Origin: Alphaproteobacteria bacterium
GTDB lineage: Bacteria; Pseudomonadota; Alphaproteobacteria; CAAHEQ01; UBA3637
Length of the DNA stretch: 64,000 nucleotides
Direction: 5' to 3'
Assembly (NCBI GenBank): GCA_045655105.1
Contig: JAZOOQ010000056.1
Location: forward strand, 75,389-139,388
A program made the position numbers and the translations under genes. Numbering within the stretch: the first letter of the stretch is position 1; each line of letters begins with the position of its first letter. Shown here in pieces: positions 56,623 through 64,000 of the stretch. The notes under the pieces are model-generated. The model was not told where the DNA came from, ran no database searches, and saw only the letters and a list, made by a program, of their open reading frames with translations.

Positions 56623-57555
56623 TTATCTTTCTATATAAGATGGGGAAAAGAGTTTTGCTAAATTATTGGGCGTTGCTTCTATAACGGGGTCAATAACCTT
56701 ATTTGAAAAACAAAGGGCGGTTAATTGAAGAGGGTTATGAATTAATGTTTGGCATAGCCCTGAATATTTAACATGAGTATCTAATTTTGTTGCAATTAAA
56801 AGGTTGCAAGCATTTTTATGAAAGAGGGCTCCTTGTGCAATGGCTTCTTTATCATCCAAACCAGCAGGCATCACTAAAATAAATTCAGCGTCACTGATTT
56901 CAGATTTAATGTTTTTTAATTGATGCATATCTTCATTGTTAAATGGATTGAATGCAGGTGTGTCAATTAAAATATAATTGCTTTGAAGCCTTAAAAGCGT
57001 TACCGTTTCATTTAATTTTTTTATATCAGTTATTGTTTGAAAAGGAATGTTATTTTCTTTTGAAAAGTTTTCTAAATCATGATTGTTTGGCTGAAGCGAA
57101 AGGATACAGGGCTCAATTTTTTCTTTTTGAGCTAATAGAGCCATTTTTTTTAAGGTTAAAGTTTTTCCAACACCAGCATTCCCAATAAAAGCATAAACCT
57201 TTTTTAAAGTGATTGGATAAATGGGATTAAAGTGAAACAATTCTTCAAAAGCAAAAGAAAGTAATTTTTCATCATTAGGTTTAACGCTTTTATTTTTTGT
57301 TGCTCTTACAAGTCTGTCAATTAAAACTTCATCTAAAGCATGATGTTTTAGAAGATTGGTAAAATATTTCTTTTTTTCAAGTGTTTTTTCTGTTTGAACA
57401 TCAAAATCTTTTTTTTGTTTTTTTATAAAAACACTTACCTTTACGCCTTGACTAACGCTTGTAACCGATCGGATGACAGCTTCTTTTTTGTAAAGAGTTT
57501 CAATAATATTAAGTGCATTCACAAGATTTGGAGCAAAAAAAGATTTGATTTTCAT
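56623..57555 (-). CDS. flhF: FlhF-like SRP-type GTPase (divergent G3 motif)
   Basis: 310 aa. FlhF-like N-terminus MKIKSFFAPNLVNALNIIETLYKKEAVI, G1 GNAGVGKT, G4 TKLDT. The expected DTAG is DTPAF. Confidence 0.6.
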   Translation of the reverse strand: MKIKSFFAPNLVNALNIIETLYKKEAVIRSVTSVSQGVKVSVFIKKQKKDFDVQTEKTLEKKKYFTNLLKHHALDEVLIDRLVRATKNKSVKPNDEKLLSFAFEELFHFNPIYPITLKKVYAFIGNAGVGKTLTLKKMALLAQKEKIEPCILSLQPNNHDLENFSKENNIPFQTITDIKKLNETVTLLRLQSNYILIDTPAFNPFNNEDMHQLKNIKSEISDAEFILVMPAGLDDKEAIAQGALFHKNACNLLIATKLDTHVKYSGLCQTLIHNPLQLTALCFSNKVIDPVIEATPNNLAKLFSPSYIER

Positions 57556-57878
57556 TTTTCCTCAGTTGCTAAAGATTGGAAGGTAAGAGTGTGAAGTGTT
57601 TTTCCTGTATTTGGTTGAATCATATAAATTTTACTTATTTTTTCATTTTCTGTTATTGAAATGCATAAAAGATTTTGACAGGCAAAAACATTTTGAATGG
57701 TTTCATTTTCAGGGATTGAAAAAAAGCTTTCTTTTTTGGTGAAGGAAAGATTTTGTTCTTGTTTTAGGTTGCTTTTCGAATTCTTTTTTGCTATCTTGTG
57801 AAATAATAAGCAAAAACCAATGGCTAAAAGACCAGTCAATAAAAAGACAATAAATTTGACAAGTAATAATTTGTTCAT
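57552..57878 (-). CDS. small N-terminally anchored membrane protein
   Basis: 108 aa. TM LLLVKFIVFLLTGLLAIGFCLLF. Its stop overlaps the flhF-like start (ATGA). Confidence 0.45.
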   Translation of the reverse strand: MNKLLLVKFIVFLLTGLLAIGFCLLFHKIAKKNSKSNLKQEQNLSFTKKESFFSIPENETIQNVFACQNLLCISITENEKISKIYMIQPNTGKTLHTLTFQSLATEEK

Positions 57879-57908
57879 TTTTATCCTCTTATATAAAGGA
57901 GTTTCATT

Positions 57909-58922
57909 ATGCAGGAGTTTGAAGACGATTTTGCCCCTGAAACAGTGTTAGAATATCAAAAAAACACACCACTTGTCACTAAAAAAGTGCTTGAAAATGA
58001 AAAAAATATGCGTCTTGATAAATTTTTGGTTTCTTGTTTTCCAGAATTTTCGCGCAATCGAATTATTAAATTGATTGAAACAGATTGTGTGACATATGAA
58101 CAAGATAAAAGATACGCAGATGAACCTGATTTAAAAGTGAAAGAAGGGGATTCATTTGTGATCACTATGCCAGATGCTATTCCAGCAGAGCCAGAGGCAG
58201 AAAATATTCCTCTTGATATTTTATATGAAGATGATGATTTAATTGTTGTGAACAAGCCAGCTGGAATGGTTGTTCATCCAGGAGCAGGGAATTATCAAGG
58301 AACTCTTGTGAATGCGCTTTTATATCATTGTAAGGAGTCTCTTTCAGGTATTGGTGGGGTTTTGCGTCCAGGAATTGTTCATAGAATTGATAAAGAAACA
58401 AGCGGTATTTTAGTTGTGGCAAAAAATGATTTTGCACATGTTCATTTATCTGAACAATTTAAAAAACACACGATTGAAAGGGTTTATCAAGCCTTTGTGT
58501 GGGGTGCTTTAAAACAAAAAGAAGGTATTGTTTCTTCTTTAATTGGAAGAAGTTCATCCAATCGGCAAAAAATGGCTGTTGTAACAACAAATGGTAAGCA
58601 TGCGGTTACGCATTATGAATGTTTAGATATCTATCCAAAAGTTCCAGCTAGTTTTATTAAATGTGTTTTAGAAACGGGAAGAACGCATCAAATCAGAGTG
58701 CATATGACTTCACTGGGGCATTCTTTAATTGGAGATAGTGTTTATGGAATGATTCCAAAATCAGCGCCTTCTCAATTAAGATTTTTTCAAAGACAAGCTC
58801 TTCATGCTTGCTTTTTAGGGTTTATTCACCCTCGAACAGAAAAGTTTCTTTCATTTGAGGTGCCTTTGCCAAAAGATATGGCTGATTTAAAAGAGTTGCT
58901 TGAAAAAAATTATAAGATATGA
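57909..58922 (+). CDS. rluD: 23S rRNA pseudouridine synthase, RluD family
   Basis: 337 aa. S4 domain (MRLDKFL), catalytic HRIDKETSGILVVAK, GRTHQIRVH. Confidence 0.85.
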   Translation: MQEFEDDFAPETVLEYQKNTPLVTKKVLENEKNMRLDKFLVSCFPEFSRNRIIKLIETDCVTYEQDKRYADEPDLKVKEGDSFVITMPDAIPAEPEAENIPLDILYEDDDLIVVNKPAGMVVHPGAGNYQGTLVNALLYHCKESLSGIGGVLRPGIVHRIDKETSGILVVAKNDFAHVHLSEQFKKHTIERVYQAFVWGALKQKEGIVSSLIGRSSSNRQKMAVVTTNGKHAVTHYECLDIYPKVPASFIKCVLETGRTHQIRVHMTSLGHSLIGDSVYGMIPKSAPSQLRFFQRQALHACFLGFIHPRTEKFLSFEVPLPKDMADLKELLEKNYKI

Positions 58923-58926
58923 AAAA

Positions 58927-58956
58927 TGCGTGGTGCCAAGGAAGAAGCACCACGCA
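58927..58956. terminator. bidirectional terminator hairpin
   Basis: 10-bp stem tgcgtggtgc (58927-58936) / gcaccacgca (58947-58956), between convergent genes. Confidence 0.55.
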
Positions 58957-58979
58957 TCGCTTATTTTTAAGTGGGAGTC

Positions 58980-59567
58980 TTAAAAATAAAATCTTGCGGT
59001 TAATTTAATGTCATGAGAGCGCATGTCTTCTTTGCTACGACCTGTATAACCTTCTTTTGATTTGACACGAGCTTGACCTAAATCAACATATCTATATCCA
59101 AGGTCAAGGGACATGCAATCTGTAAACATATGTTCAATACCAGCACCAACTGTCCAAGCAAAGTTAGATTTTGTTGCCCCTTTGGCATCATGCATATCAT
59201 CTGTTACGTTCCATGCCATACCAAGACCCGCCATTCCGTAAACATTGAAATGATGGCTCATTGGATATGTTAAATAGAAGTTAGCTAAAACAGGAAGAGA
59301 CCAGACATCTGTTTTTTTGCTTCTATCTGCTTTCATGTCAACATTACCCCAACCGCGATAGCCAACTGTTAAATCAGTTCTGAAATAGTTGTTGATATGA
59401 TATCCCATACCAACGCCTAAAATTCCAGCATCACCATTAGATTCTGTGCCAAGTGAATAACCACCTTCAGCTAATACATAAGGGCTTTGAAAGTCATATG
59501 CAGAAGCTGATGATGCGCTAAAAAGCATCAAGGCAGCAGCAAAGCCTGATAATAAATATTTCTTCAT
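58980..59567 (-). CDS. small outer-membrane beta-barrel protein (OmpA-TM/OmpW-like porin family)
   Basis: Signal peptide MKKYLLSGFAAALMLFSASSASA, alternating amphipathic strands, terminal KLTARFYF. ATG 59567 with aaaggag RBS. Confidence 0.7.
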   Translation of the reverse strand: MKKYLLSGFAAALMLFSASSASAYDFQSPYVLAEGGYSLGTESNGDAGILGVGMGYHINNYFRTDLTVGYRGWGNVDMKADRSKKTDVWSLPVLANFYLTYPMSHHFNVYGMAGLGMAWNVTDDMHDAKGATKSNFAWTVGAGIEHMFTDCMSLDLGYRYVDLGQARVKSKEGYTGRSKEDMRSHDIKLTARFYF

Positions 59568-59778
59568 TTTAATCTCCTTTCTTAAAATAAACTGAAGCAA
59601 TTTTACATTAGGTATGAAAGAAAGGGTTGTCTAGATAATGTATTGAATTTTATGTAAAATAAATATAATGATATGTTGAATCAAATAAAAAAAATAAAAA
59701 AATATGGCTTAAAATAACTTCTTGAAAAATTTTTGGGTTCATGATAAAATAAAAAAAAGCAAAAAAGGAGAGATTTTT

Positions 59779-60234
59779 ATGAGTGTAAACGATCGTATTA
59801 TTCAAAGTATTATTGATAAGGATGAAAATTTTATCTGGGAAGTAACAGGCTCTATCAGAGACATTAAGTTTAATCCTTTTTATTTATTGTTAACAATTTT
59901 AACATTTGGATTGTTTGCTATTATTCTTTATTATAATCGCATTTATCATAGTTATATTTTAACATCTCAACGTTTAGTTGTTATTTCAGGTATTTTTTCA
60001 AAAGATGTTGATGAAATTGAACTTTTTAGGGTTGTTGATAGTTCTGCTTCGCAAACAATGATTGATGTATGGGCGGATTTAGGGGATATTTATATTAATT
60101 CAACAGATAAAACAGGGATGCTTAGAATGCATAAAATTAGGCATCCTCATCGTGTTCGTGATTCGCTTCGTAAACAATATATGGCTGCGCGTCAGAAAAA
60201 GGGAACTGTGATTTTAGAAAGTATTAATTCATAA
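59779..60234 (+). CDS. membrane-anchored bacterial PH (bPH_2/YdbS-like) domain protein
   Basis: TM hairpin (FYLLLTILTFGLFAIILYY), then ILTSQRLVVISGIFSKDVDEIELFRVVD, typical of bPH_2. ATG 59779 with aaggaga RBS. Confidence 0.6.
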   Translation: MSVNDRIIQSIIDKDENFIWEVTGSIRDIKFNPFYLLLTILTFGLFAIILYYNRIYHSYILTSQRLVVISGIFSKDVDEIELFRVVDSSASQTMIDVWADLGDIYINSTDKTGMLRMHKIRHPHRVRDSLRKQYMAARQKKGTVILESINS

Positions 60235-60270
60235 CTTTTAATGATTTATCAAAAAAGCATATAATTGTAT

Positions 60271-60300
60271 TTGACAAGTTGAAAAATATTGGTGTAATCT
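60271..60300 (+). promoter_or_regulatory. candidate promoter of the small lipoprotein gene
   Basis: TTGACA (60271-60276), 18-nt spacer, TAATCT (60295-60300). Confidence 0.35.
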
Positions 60301-60332
60301 TTTTTTGTTAAACCAATTGAAAGGATTTAAAA

Positions 60333-60494
60333 ATGAAAAAAGTATTAATGATTGCAGCTCTTGCTTTAGTTGTTTCAACATTGTCAGGTTGTATGGGTGA
60401 ACGTGGTCGCATCGGTGGTCAAAAAGTTTGCACAAATCAATATTTCTTGGGTCTTATTTCTGTTTCAGAATTGTTTGATCCTTGTGGTAAATAA
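60333..60494 (+). CDS. 53-aa lipoprotein (not in the supplied ORF track)
   Basis: My own translation gives MKKVLMIAALALVVSTLSGCMGERGRIGGQKVCTNQYFLGLISVSELFDPCGK. Lipobox LSGC, RBS aaagga, promoter upstream and terminator downstream. Confidence 0.6.
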   Translation: MKKVLMIAALALVVSTLSGCMGERGRIGGQKVCTNQYFLGLISVSELFDPCGK

Positions 60495-60502
60495 GGTTTG
60501 AT

Positions 60503-60542
60503 AAAAAAAAGAGGAAAGGCTATTTGGTTTTTCCTCTTTTTT
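60503..60542 (+). terminator. rho-independent terminator
   Basis: aagaggaaa (60509-60517) pairs with tttcctctt (60530-60538), then a T-run. Confidence 0.6.
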
Positions 60543-60592
60543 ATTGATTTTATAAAGTTTTTTTGAAAATAAAGAAAAAACAAAAAAACTTC

Positions 60593-60621
60593 TTGCATTT
60601 TAAAAAAAAATTATTTATAAT
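60593..60621 (+). promoter_or_regulatory. promoter of tRNA-Leu
   Basis: TTGCAT (60593-60598), 17-nt spacer, consensus TATAAT (60616-60621), 13 nt upstream of the mature tRNA 5' end. Confidence 0.55.
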
Positions 60622-60634
60622 GCATCTAAATTTT

Positions 60635-60719
60635 GCGGTTATGGCGGAATTGGTAGACGCGCAGCGTTGAGGTCGCTGTGGAGAGATCCGTGGAAGTTCG
60701 AGTCTTCTTAACCGCACCA
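60635..60719 (+). tRNA. tRNA-Leu (anticodon GAG), CCA encoded
   Basis: 85 nt. Acceptor stem gcggtta/taaccgc plus A-CCA, anticodon stem cagcg/cgctg with loop ttGAGgt, long variable arm (class II), T-arm gaag-ttcgagt-cttc. Confidence 0.9.
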
Positions 60720-60799
60720 TAAAATAAACTCCCTTTTTGGGAGTTTTTTTATTGTTTGGTAACGAAGACTATTACCCGATTTTCTAAGCTCTTTTTTTG
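60704..60799 (+). repeat. direct repeat copy 1 (96 bp; includes the last 16 nt of tRNA-Leu)
   Basis: Identical to 60884-60979 except for one mismatch (A at 60774, G at 60954). The offset is exactly 180 bp. Confidence 0.95.
60727..60750 (+). terminator. rho-independent terminator of tRNA-Leu (duplicated at 60907-60930)
   Basis: aactccc / gggagtt stem with a ttttt loop, then a T-run. Confidence 0.7.
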
Positions 60800-60883
60800 T
60801 TTTAATAAATCAAAAAAGTCGCTAAGAAACTTTGGGAGCTTGCAGACAAAAACTTGCCATTCAAGGCAACTTTTTGCTTAGCG

Positions 60884-60979
60884 CTTCTTAACCGCACCAT
60901 AAAATAAACTCCCTTTTTGGGAGTTTTTTTATTGTTTGGTAACGAAGACTATTGCCCGATTTTCTAAGCTCTTTTTTTG
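60884..60979 (+). repeat. direct repeat copy 2 (96 bp; tRNA 3'-end fragment plus terminator plus 57 nt)
   Basis: See copy 1. Preceded by an 84-bp unique spacer (60800-60883). Confidence 0.95.
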
Positions 60980-61024
60980 AATGTTTTTCTTGTTAAATTA
61001 GTTGTTTTTAAAAGGTTTTTATAT

Positions 61025-61053
61025 TTGACAAGTTGCTTAAAATATGTTAAACT
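61025..61053 (+). promoter_or_regulatory. candidate alaS promoter
   Basis: TTGACA (61025-61030), 17-nt spacer, TAAACT (61048-61053). Confidence 0.4.
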
Positions 61054-61094
61054 TTTGCCGTTTATAGTAAATTTAATGCGCGAGGAAATTATTT

Positions 61095-62846
61095 ATGAAT
61101 ATCAGGGATGCTTATATAGAGTTTTTTAAAGAAAGAGATCACGTTCAAATTCCATCTGCTCCGATTGTGCCAGAAAACGATCCTTCTGTTTTGTTTAACA
61201 CGGCAGGTATGCAACCATTGGTTCCTTATTTAAAAGGGGCTGATCATCCAAATGGAACAAGATTATGCGATTATCAAAAATGTTTAAGAACAAACGATTT
61301 AGATGAAGTGGGTGATGCTGTTCATCACACGTTTTTTGAAATGCTTGGCAACTGGAGTTTAGGTGATTACTTTAAAAAAGAAAGTTTAACTTGGAGTTTT
61401 GAATTTTTAACAAAAAGTTTAAATGTGCCTGTTGAAAAATTGGCTGTCAGTGTCTTTGAAGGTAATGAAGTTGTTCCAGCAGATGAAGAAAGTATTGAAA
61501 TTTGGAAATCATTGGGCTTGCCAGAAAAGCGCATTAAAATGTTATCTGATAACTGGTGGCCAAATATGGAAGCCACGGGTCCATGTGGTCCAGACTCTGA
61601 AATTTTTTATTGGAGCAGTTTAGAACCAGTTCCTGAAGAATTTGATCCAGCTGATGATAGATGGGTTGAAATTTGGAACAATGTGTTTATGCAATGCATG
61701 CATCATGAAGATGGTTCTTTCTCAAACTTGCCTAAAAAGAATGTTGATACAGGGATGGGTCTTGAACGTATCACTGCTGTTTTAGAAGGCGTGAAAGATA
61801 ACTATCAATCTTCTGTTTGGAAAGATGTGATTTCAAAAATCGTTGAAATTGCAAAAGCTCCTTATGAAGGGAATGAACGCGAAATGCGCATTATTGCTGA
61901 TCATATCAGAAGTGCTGTGTTTATCAGCGCAGATCCAGCAGGAATTAAACCAAGTAACACAGATCAAGGTTATATTTTACGTCGTTTGATCAGAAGAACA
62001 ATTCGCTATGCAAAATCAATTGGAATTGATTTAAATTCAAATTGGGAAGTTGAATTGGCTCAATTAATTGTTGCAAAATTTGGTAAATATTACCCTGAAT
62101 TAGAACGCAATGCTCAAGTTGTTTATGATGTTTTAACAACAGAAAAAGTTAAATTTGGGAAAACACTTGATAATGGTTTAAAAGAATTTGAAAAAATCAC
62201 AGAAAATTTAACTGATAAAAAGTTAAATAAAGATTTGGCATTTAAACTTTATGATACATATGGATTCCCTCTTGAATTAACGGTTGAATTATCTCAAGAA
62301 AAAGGAATTGAAGTTGATACAGAAGGATTCCAAGAAAAATTTGAAGAGCATAAAGCAAAAAGCCGTCAAGGTGCTGAACAAAAATTTAAAGGTGGTTTGG
62401 CAAGTTCTGGTGAAACGGAAGCTAAATATCATACAGCAACTCACTTGTTAAATGCGGCTTTAAAGAAAGTTGTGAATGAAAATATTCATCAAAAAGGTTC
62501 AAATATCACAGCTGAACGTATGCGCTTTGACTTTAACTGTGATCATAAATTGACGGATGAAGAAAAATCAAAAGTTGAGGTTTTGGTTAATGAATGGATT
62601 CAAGCTGGATTAGAAGTAACTATTGCTCAAATGAGTAAAGCAGAAGCAATTGCCAGTGGGGCAGAGGCTTCCTTTATTGAAAGATATCCTGATCCAGTAA
62701 CTGTTTATAGTGTTGGTGATGTTTCTAGAGAAGTTTGTGGTGGTCCACATGCAACGAATACCAACACACTTGGAACATTTAAGATTAAGAAAGAAGAAGC
62801 AGTTGCTTCTGGTATTCGAAGAATTAAAGCTGTTTTAGTTGATTAA
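61095..62846 (+). CDS. alaS: alanine--tRNA ligase, short form (catalytic and editing domains, no C-Ala domain)
   Basis: 583 aa. N-terminal class II core (FNTAGMQPLVPYL, FEMLGNWSLGDYFK, WNNVFMQ), editing-domain motifs HTATHLL and CGGPH. The ORF ends right after the editing domain. Confidence 0.9.
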   Translation: MNIRDAYIEFFKERDHVQIPSAPIVPENDPSVLFNTAGMQPLVPYLKGADHPNGTRLCDYQKCLRTNDLDEVGDAVHHTFFEMLGNWSLGDYFKKESLTWSFEFLTKSLNVPVEKLAVSVFEGNEVVPADEESIEIWKSLGLPEKRIKMLSDNWWPNMEATGPCGPDSEIFYWSSLEPVPEEFDPADDRWVEIWNNVFMQCMHHEDGSFSNLPKKNVDTGMGLERITAVLEGVKDNYQSSVWKDVISKIVEIAKAPYEGNEREMRIIADHIRSAVFISADPAGIKPSNTDQGYILRRLIRRTIRYAKSIGIDLNSNWEVELAQLIVAKFGKYYPELERNAQVVYDVLTTEKVKFGKTLDNGLKEFEKITENLTDKKLNKDLAFKLYDTYGFPLELTVELSQEKGIEVDTEGFQEKFEEHKAKSRQGAEQKFKGGLASSGETEAKYHTATHLLNAALKKVVNENIHQKGSNITAERMRFDFNCDHKLTDEEKSKVEVLVNEWIQAGLEVTIAQMSKAEAIASGAEASFIERYPDPVTVYSVGDVSREVCGGPHATNTNTLGTFKIKKEEAVASGIRRIKAVLVD

Positions 62847-62866
62847 TCTTATGTTAAGCTAAAAAT

Positions 62867-62898
62867 AAAAAAAGCGAGTCGGTTGGCTCGCTTTTTTG
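62867..62898 (+). terminator. rho-independent terminator of alaS
   Basis: agcgagtc (62873-62880) pairs with ggctcgct (62885-62892) with one wobble and a 4-nt loop, then a T-run. Confidence 0.7.
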
Positions 62899-63131
62899 TT
62901 TATGTTGATTATTTTTAGTGTTTGATATTTTATAAAATAGTTTTTGTTCTTTTTTTATAATATGATTCTAAAGGCGCATTTTTATTTTTTAGCACAGGTA
63001 AAAAAATTTGTCAAGAGTTGTAAAAATATATTGATTTTATTAAATTATCTTTGTTTTTTTCTTTTGTTTGTGATATATTTTAAACAACTTGAAACAGTCA
63101 AGTTACTATTTTTAAATTAAAGGAGGGAAAT

Positions 63132-63782
63132 ATGATTTTTGAAAGTATCTATAATCAACAACAGCCGAATAAAGAGGATTTTAAGTTACCAAATGGTGAG
63201 TGTAATTATGTGGCTTATCAAGAAGCATGTGATAAATATGAACTGAGTTCACATCATTACAAAAAGATTTGGCGAGATGAAAAGACTGGCAAGCATTTGT
63301 TTACAGAGGATCTTCAATTTACTGAGGGGCCTTATTATCATGAAAATGGTCAAGGTGATTGGACCTCAACTTATAAGGCTCATTTCCCGATAAACACATG
63401 GGAAACACCAGAGGAAGTTTTTCGGATTAAACAAAAAGCAGATAGAGAAAATAAACCCTTTCATCATGAAATTATATCCATTGAAGATGAAATGAAAAGT
63501 TTTTCTCCAGTAATTCAACAAAAGTGGGAAAATACTCTTACCGAAATTAAAAAAAAGGAATCGATTGATATATATCAACAAGTTTCAAGCGCGCAAAAAG
63601 AATTCCTTGTAAAAGCAAGAAAATGGCAAAATTTAGAAGGTGTTAAAGCCAAGGTGGAAAAAAGAAACCAAGATCCTGTTTGGATTTCAATGAAATTGAT
63701 GGCGCGTGCGATGGTTAAATCTCAACAAAAGAGTATGGCTCGTGCATTGATTAAAGAATATCTGAACCATACAAAAGTTTAA
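63132..63782 (+). CDS. hypothetical soluble protein
   Basis: 216-aa ORF, RBS aaaggaggg, Lys/Glu-rich C-terminal half. No motif recognised. Confidence 0.5.
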   Translation: MIFESIYNQQQPNKEDFKLPNGECNYVAYQEACDKYELSSHHYKKIWRDEKTGKHLFTEDLQFTEGPYYHENGQGDWTSTYKAHFPINTWETPEEVFRIKQKADRENKPFHHEIISIEDEMKSFSPVIQQKWENTLTEIKKKESIDIYQQVSSAQKEFLVKARKWQNLEGVKAKVEKRNQDPVWISMKLMARAMVKSQQKSMARALIKEYLNHTKV

Positions 63783-63830
63783 AAGATAAGAAATTGTTTT
63801 TTAAGTGTTGATGTGATTTTTATATATCGA

Positions 63831-63857
63831 AAAGCTCCATTTTTTGGGGCTTTTTTT
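63831..63857 (+). terminator. rho-independent terminator
   Basis: aaagctcc / ggggcttt stem (one wobble), then a T-run. Confidence 0.55.
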
Positions 63858-64000
63858 ATGCATTAAAAAATGAAAAATAAAGGATATTTGTTTTTTTAGT
63901 TAACGACTTATTTCAAATTTTAAAGTCGGAAATTTAATGGTCGTTAGATTTGCCTGTTTTTTAGCACAAAAATTATGCTTTAAAATGGGCTTTTTTTTGC

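Noticed and set aside
60238-60435. 65-aa minus-strand ORF from the track
   Set aside because: The plus strand at the same place carries a complete promoter-RBS-lipoprotein-terminator unit. The minus ORF has none of these signals.
63086-63104. 7-bp perfect palindrome aacttga-aacag-tcaagtt upstream of the gene at 63132
   Set aside because: It could be an operator or a 5'-UTR hairpin, but it is short and isolated with no second copy in the window. I noted it only and did not call it as a feature.
63900-63946. Nested inverted repeats near the window end (taacgac ... gtcgtta, and cgactt ... aagtcg)
   Set aside because: The stems are short (6-7 bp) in AT-rich DNA next to the window edge, and the downstream gene is not visible. 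The context is insufficient to call an attenuator or sRNA.

Overview
This is a 64-kb, densely coded chromosomal window of about 60 genes from a low-G+C bacterium (roughly one-third G+C by eye). The organism is diderm: the window encodes a secretin, an autotransporter, lipoproteins, MsbA-like exporters and DgkA. I saw no rRNA, CRISPR array, transposase, integrase or phage structural gene. All family calls come from motifs read in the supplied translations and from gene context. No database search was possible.

The housekeeping backbone is glyQS (alpha2-type GlyRS), murA, dtd, sdaA, recG, secA, rluD, rnd, comM/yifB, anmK, dgkA, a short alaS and tRNA-Leu(GAG). Envelope and host-interaction genes are interleaved with it:
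- a 1.47-kaa autotransporter
- an ankyrin-repeat protein
- two paralogous MsbA-like ABC exporters
- two dispersed type IV pilin-like genes with an unusual G|RSMVEM prepilin motif
- an isolated flhF/flhG pair
- an Hpt-OmpR-EnvZ unit
- a triad of RimK-like ligase, 7TM transglutaminase-like protein and retropepsin-like protease

The most unusual block is a seven-gene type IVb (R64 PilL/N/O/P/Q/R-like) secretin-ATPase-platform cluster at 8.8-18.1 kb. It has no pilin, prepilin peptidase or conjugation genes, and several of its components are expanded.

Other candidates for undescribed biology:
- a three-gene operon of family-less soluble proteins (21.4-23.4 kb)
- a small HNH / XRE-repressor / membrane-protein module with back-to-back promoters and a palindromic operator (46.7-48.4 kb)
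- a 96-bp direct repeat that starts inside the 3' end of tRNA-Leu

The lineage cannot be assigned from the sequence alone. The gene content (ankyrin protein, autotransporter, nucleoside transporter, small orphan secreted proteins) is compatible with a host-associated lifestyle.
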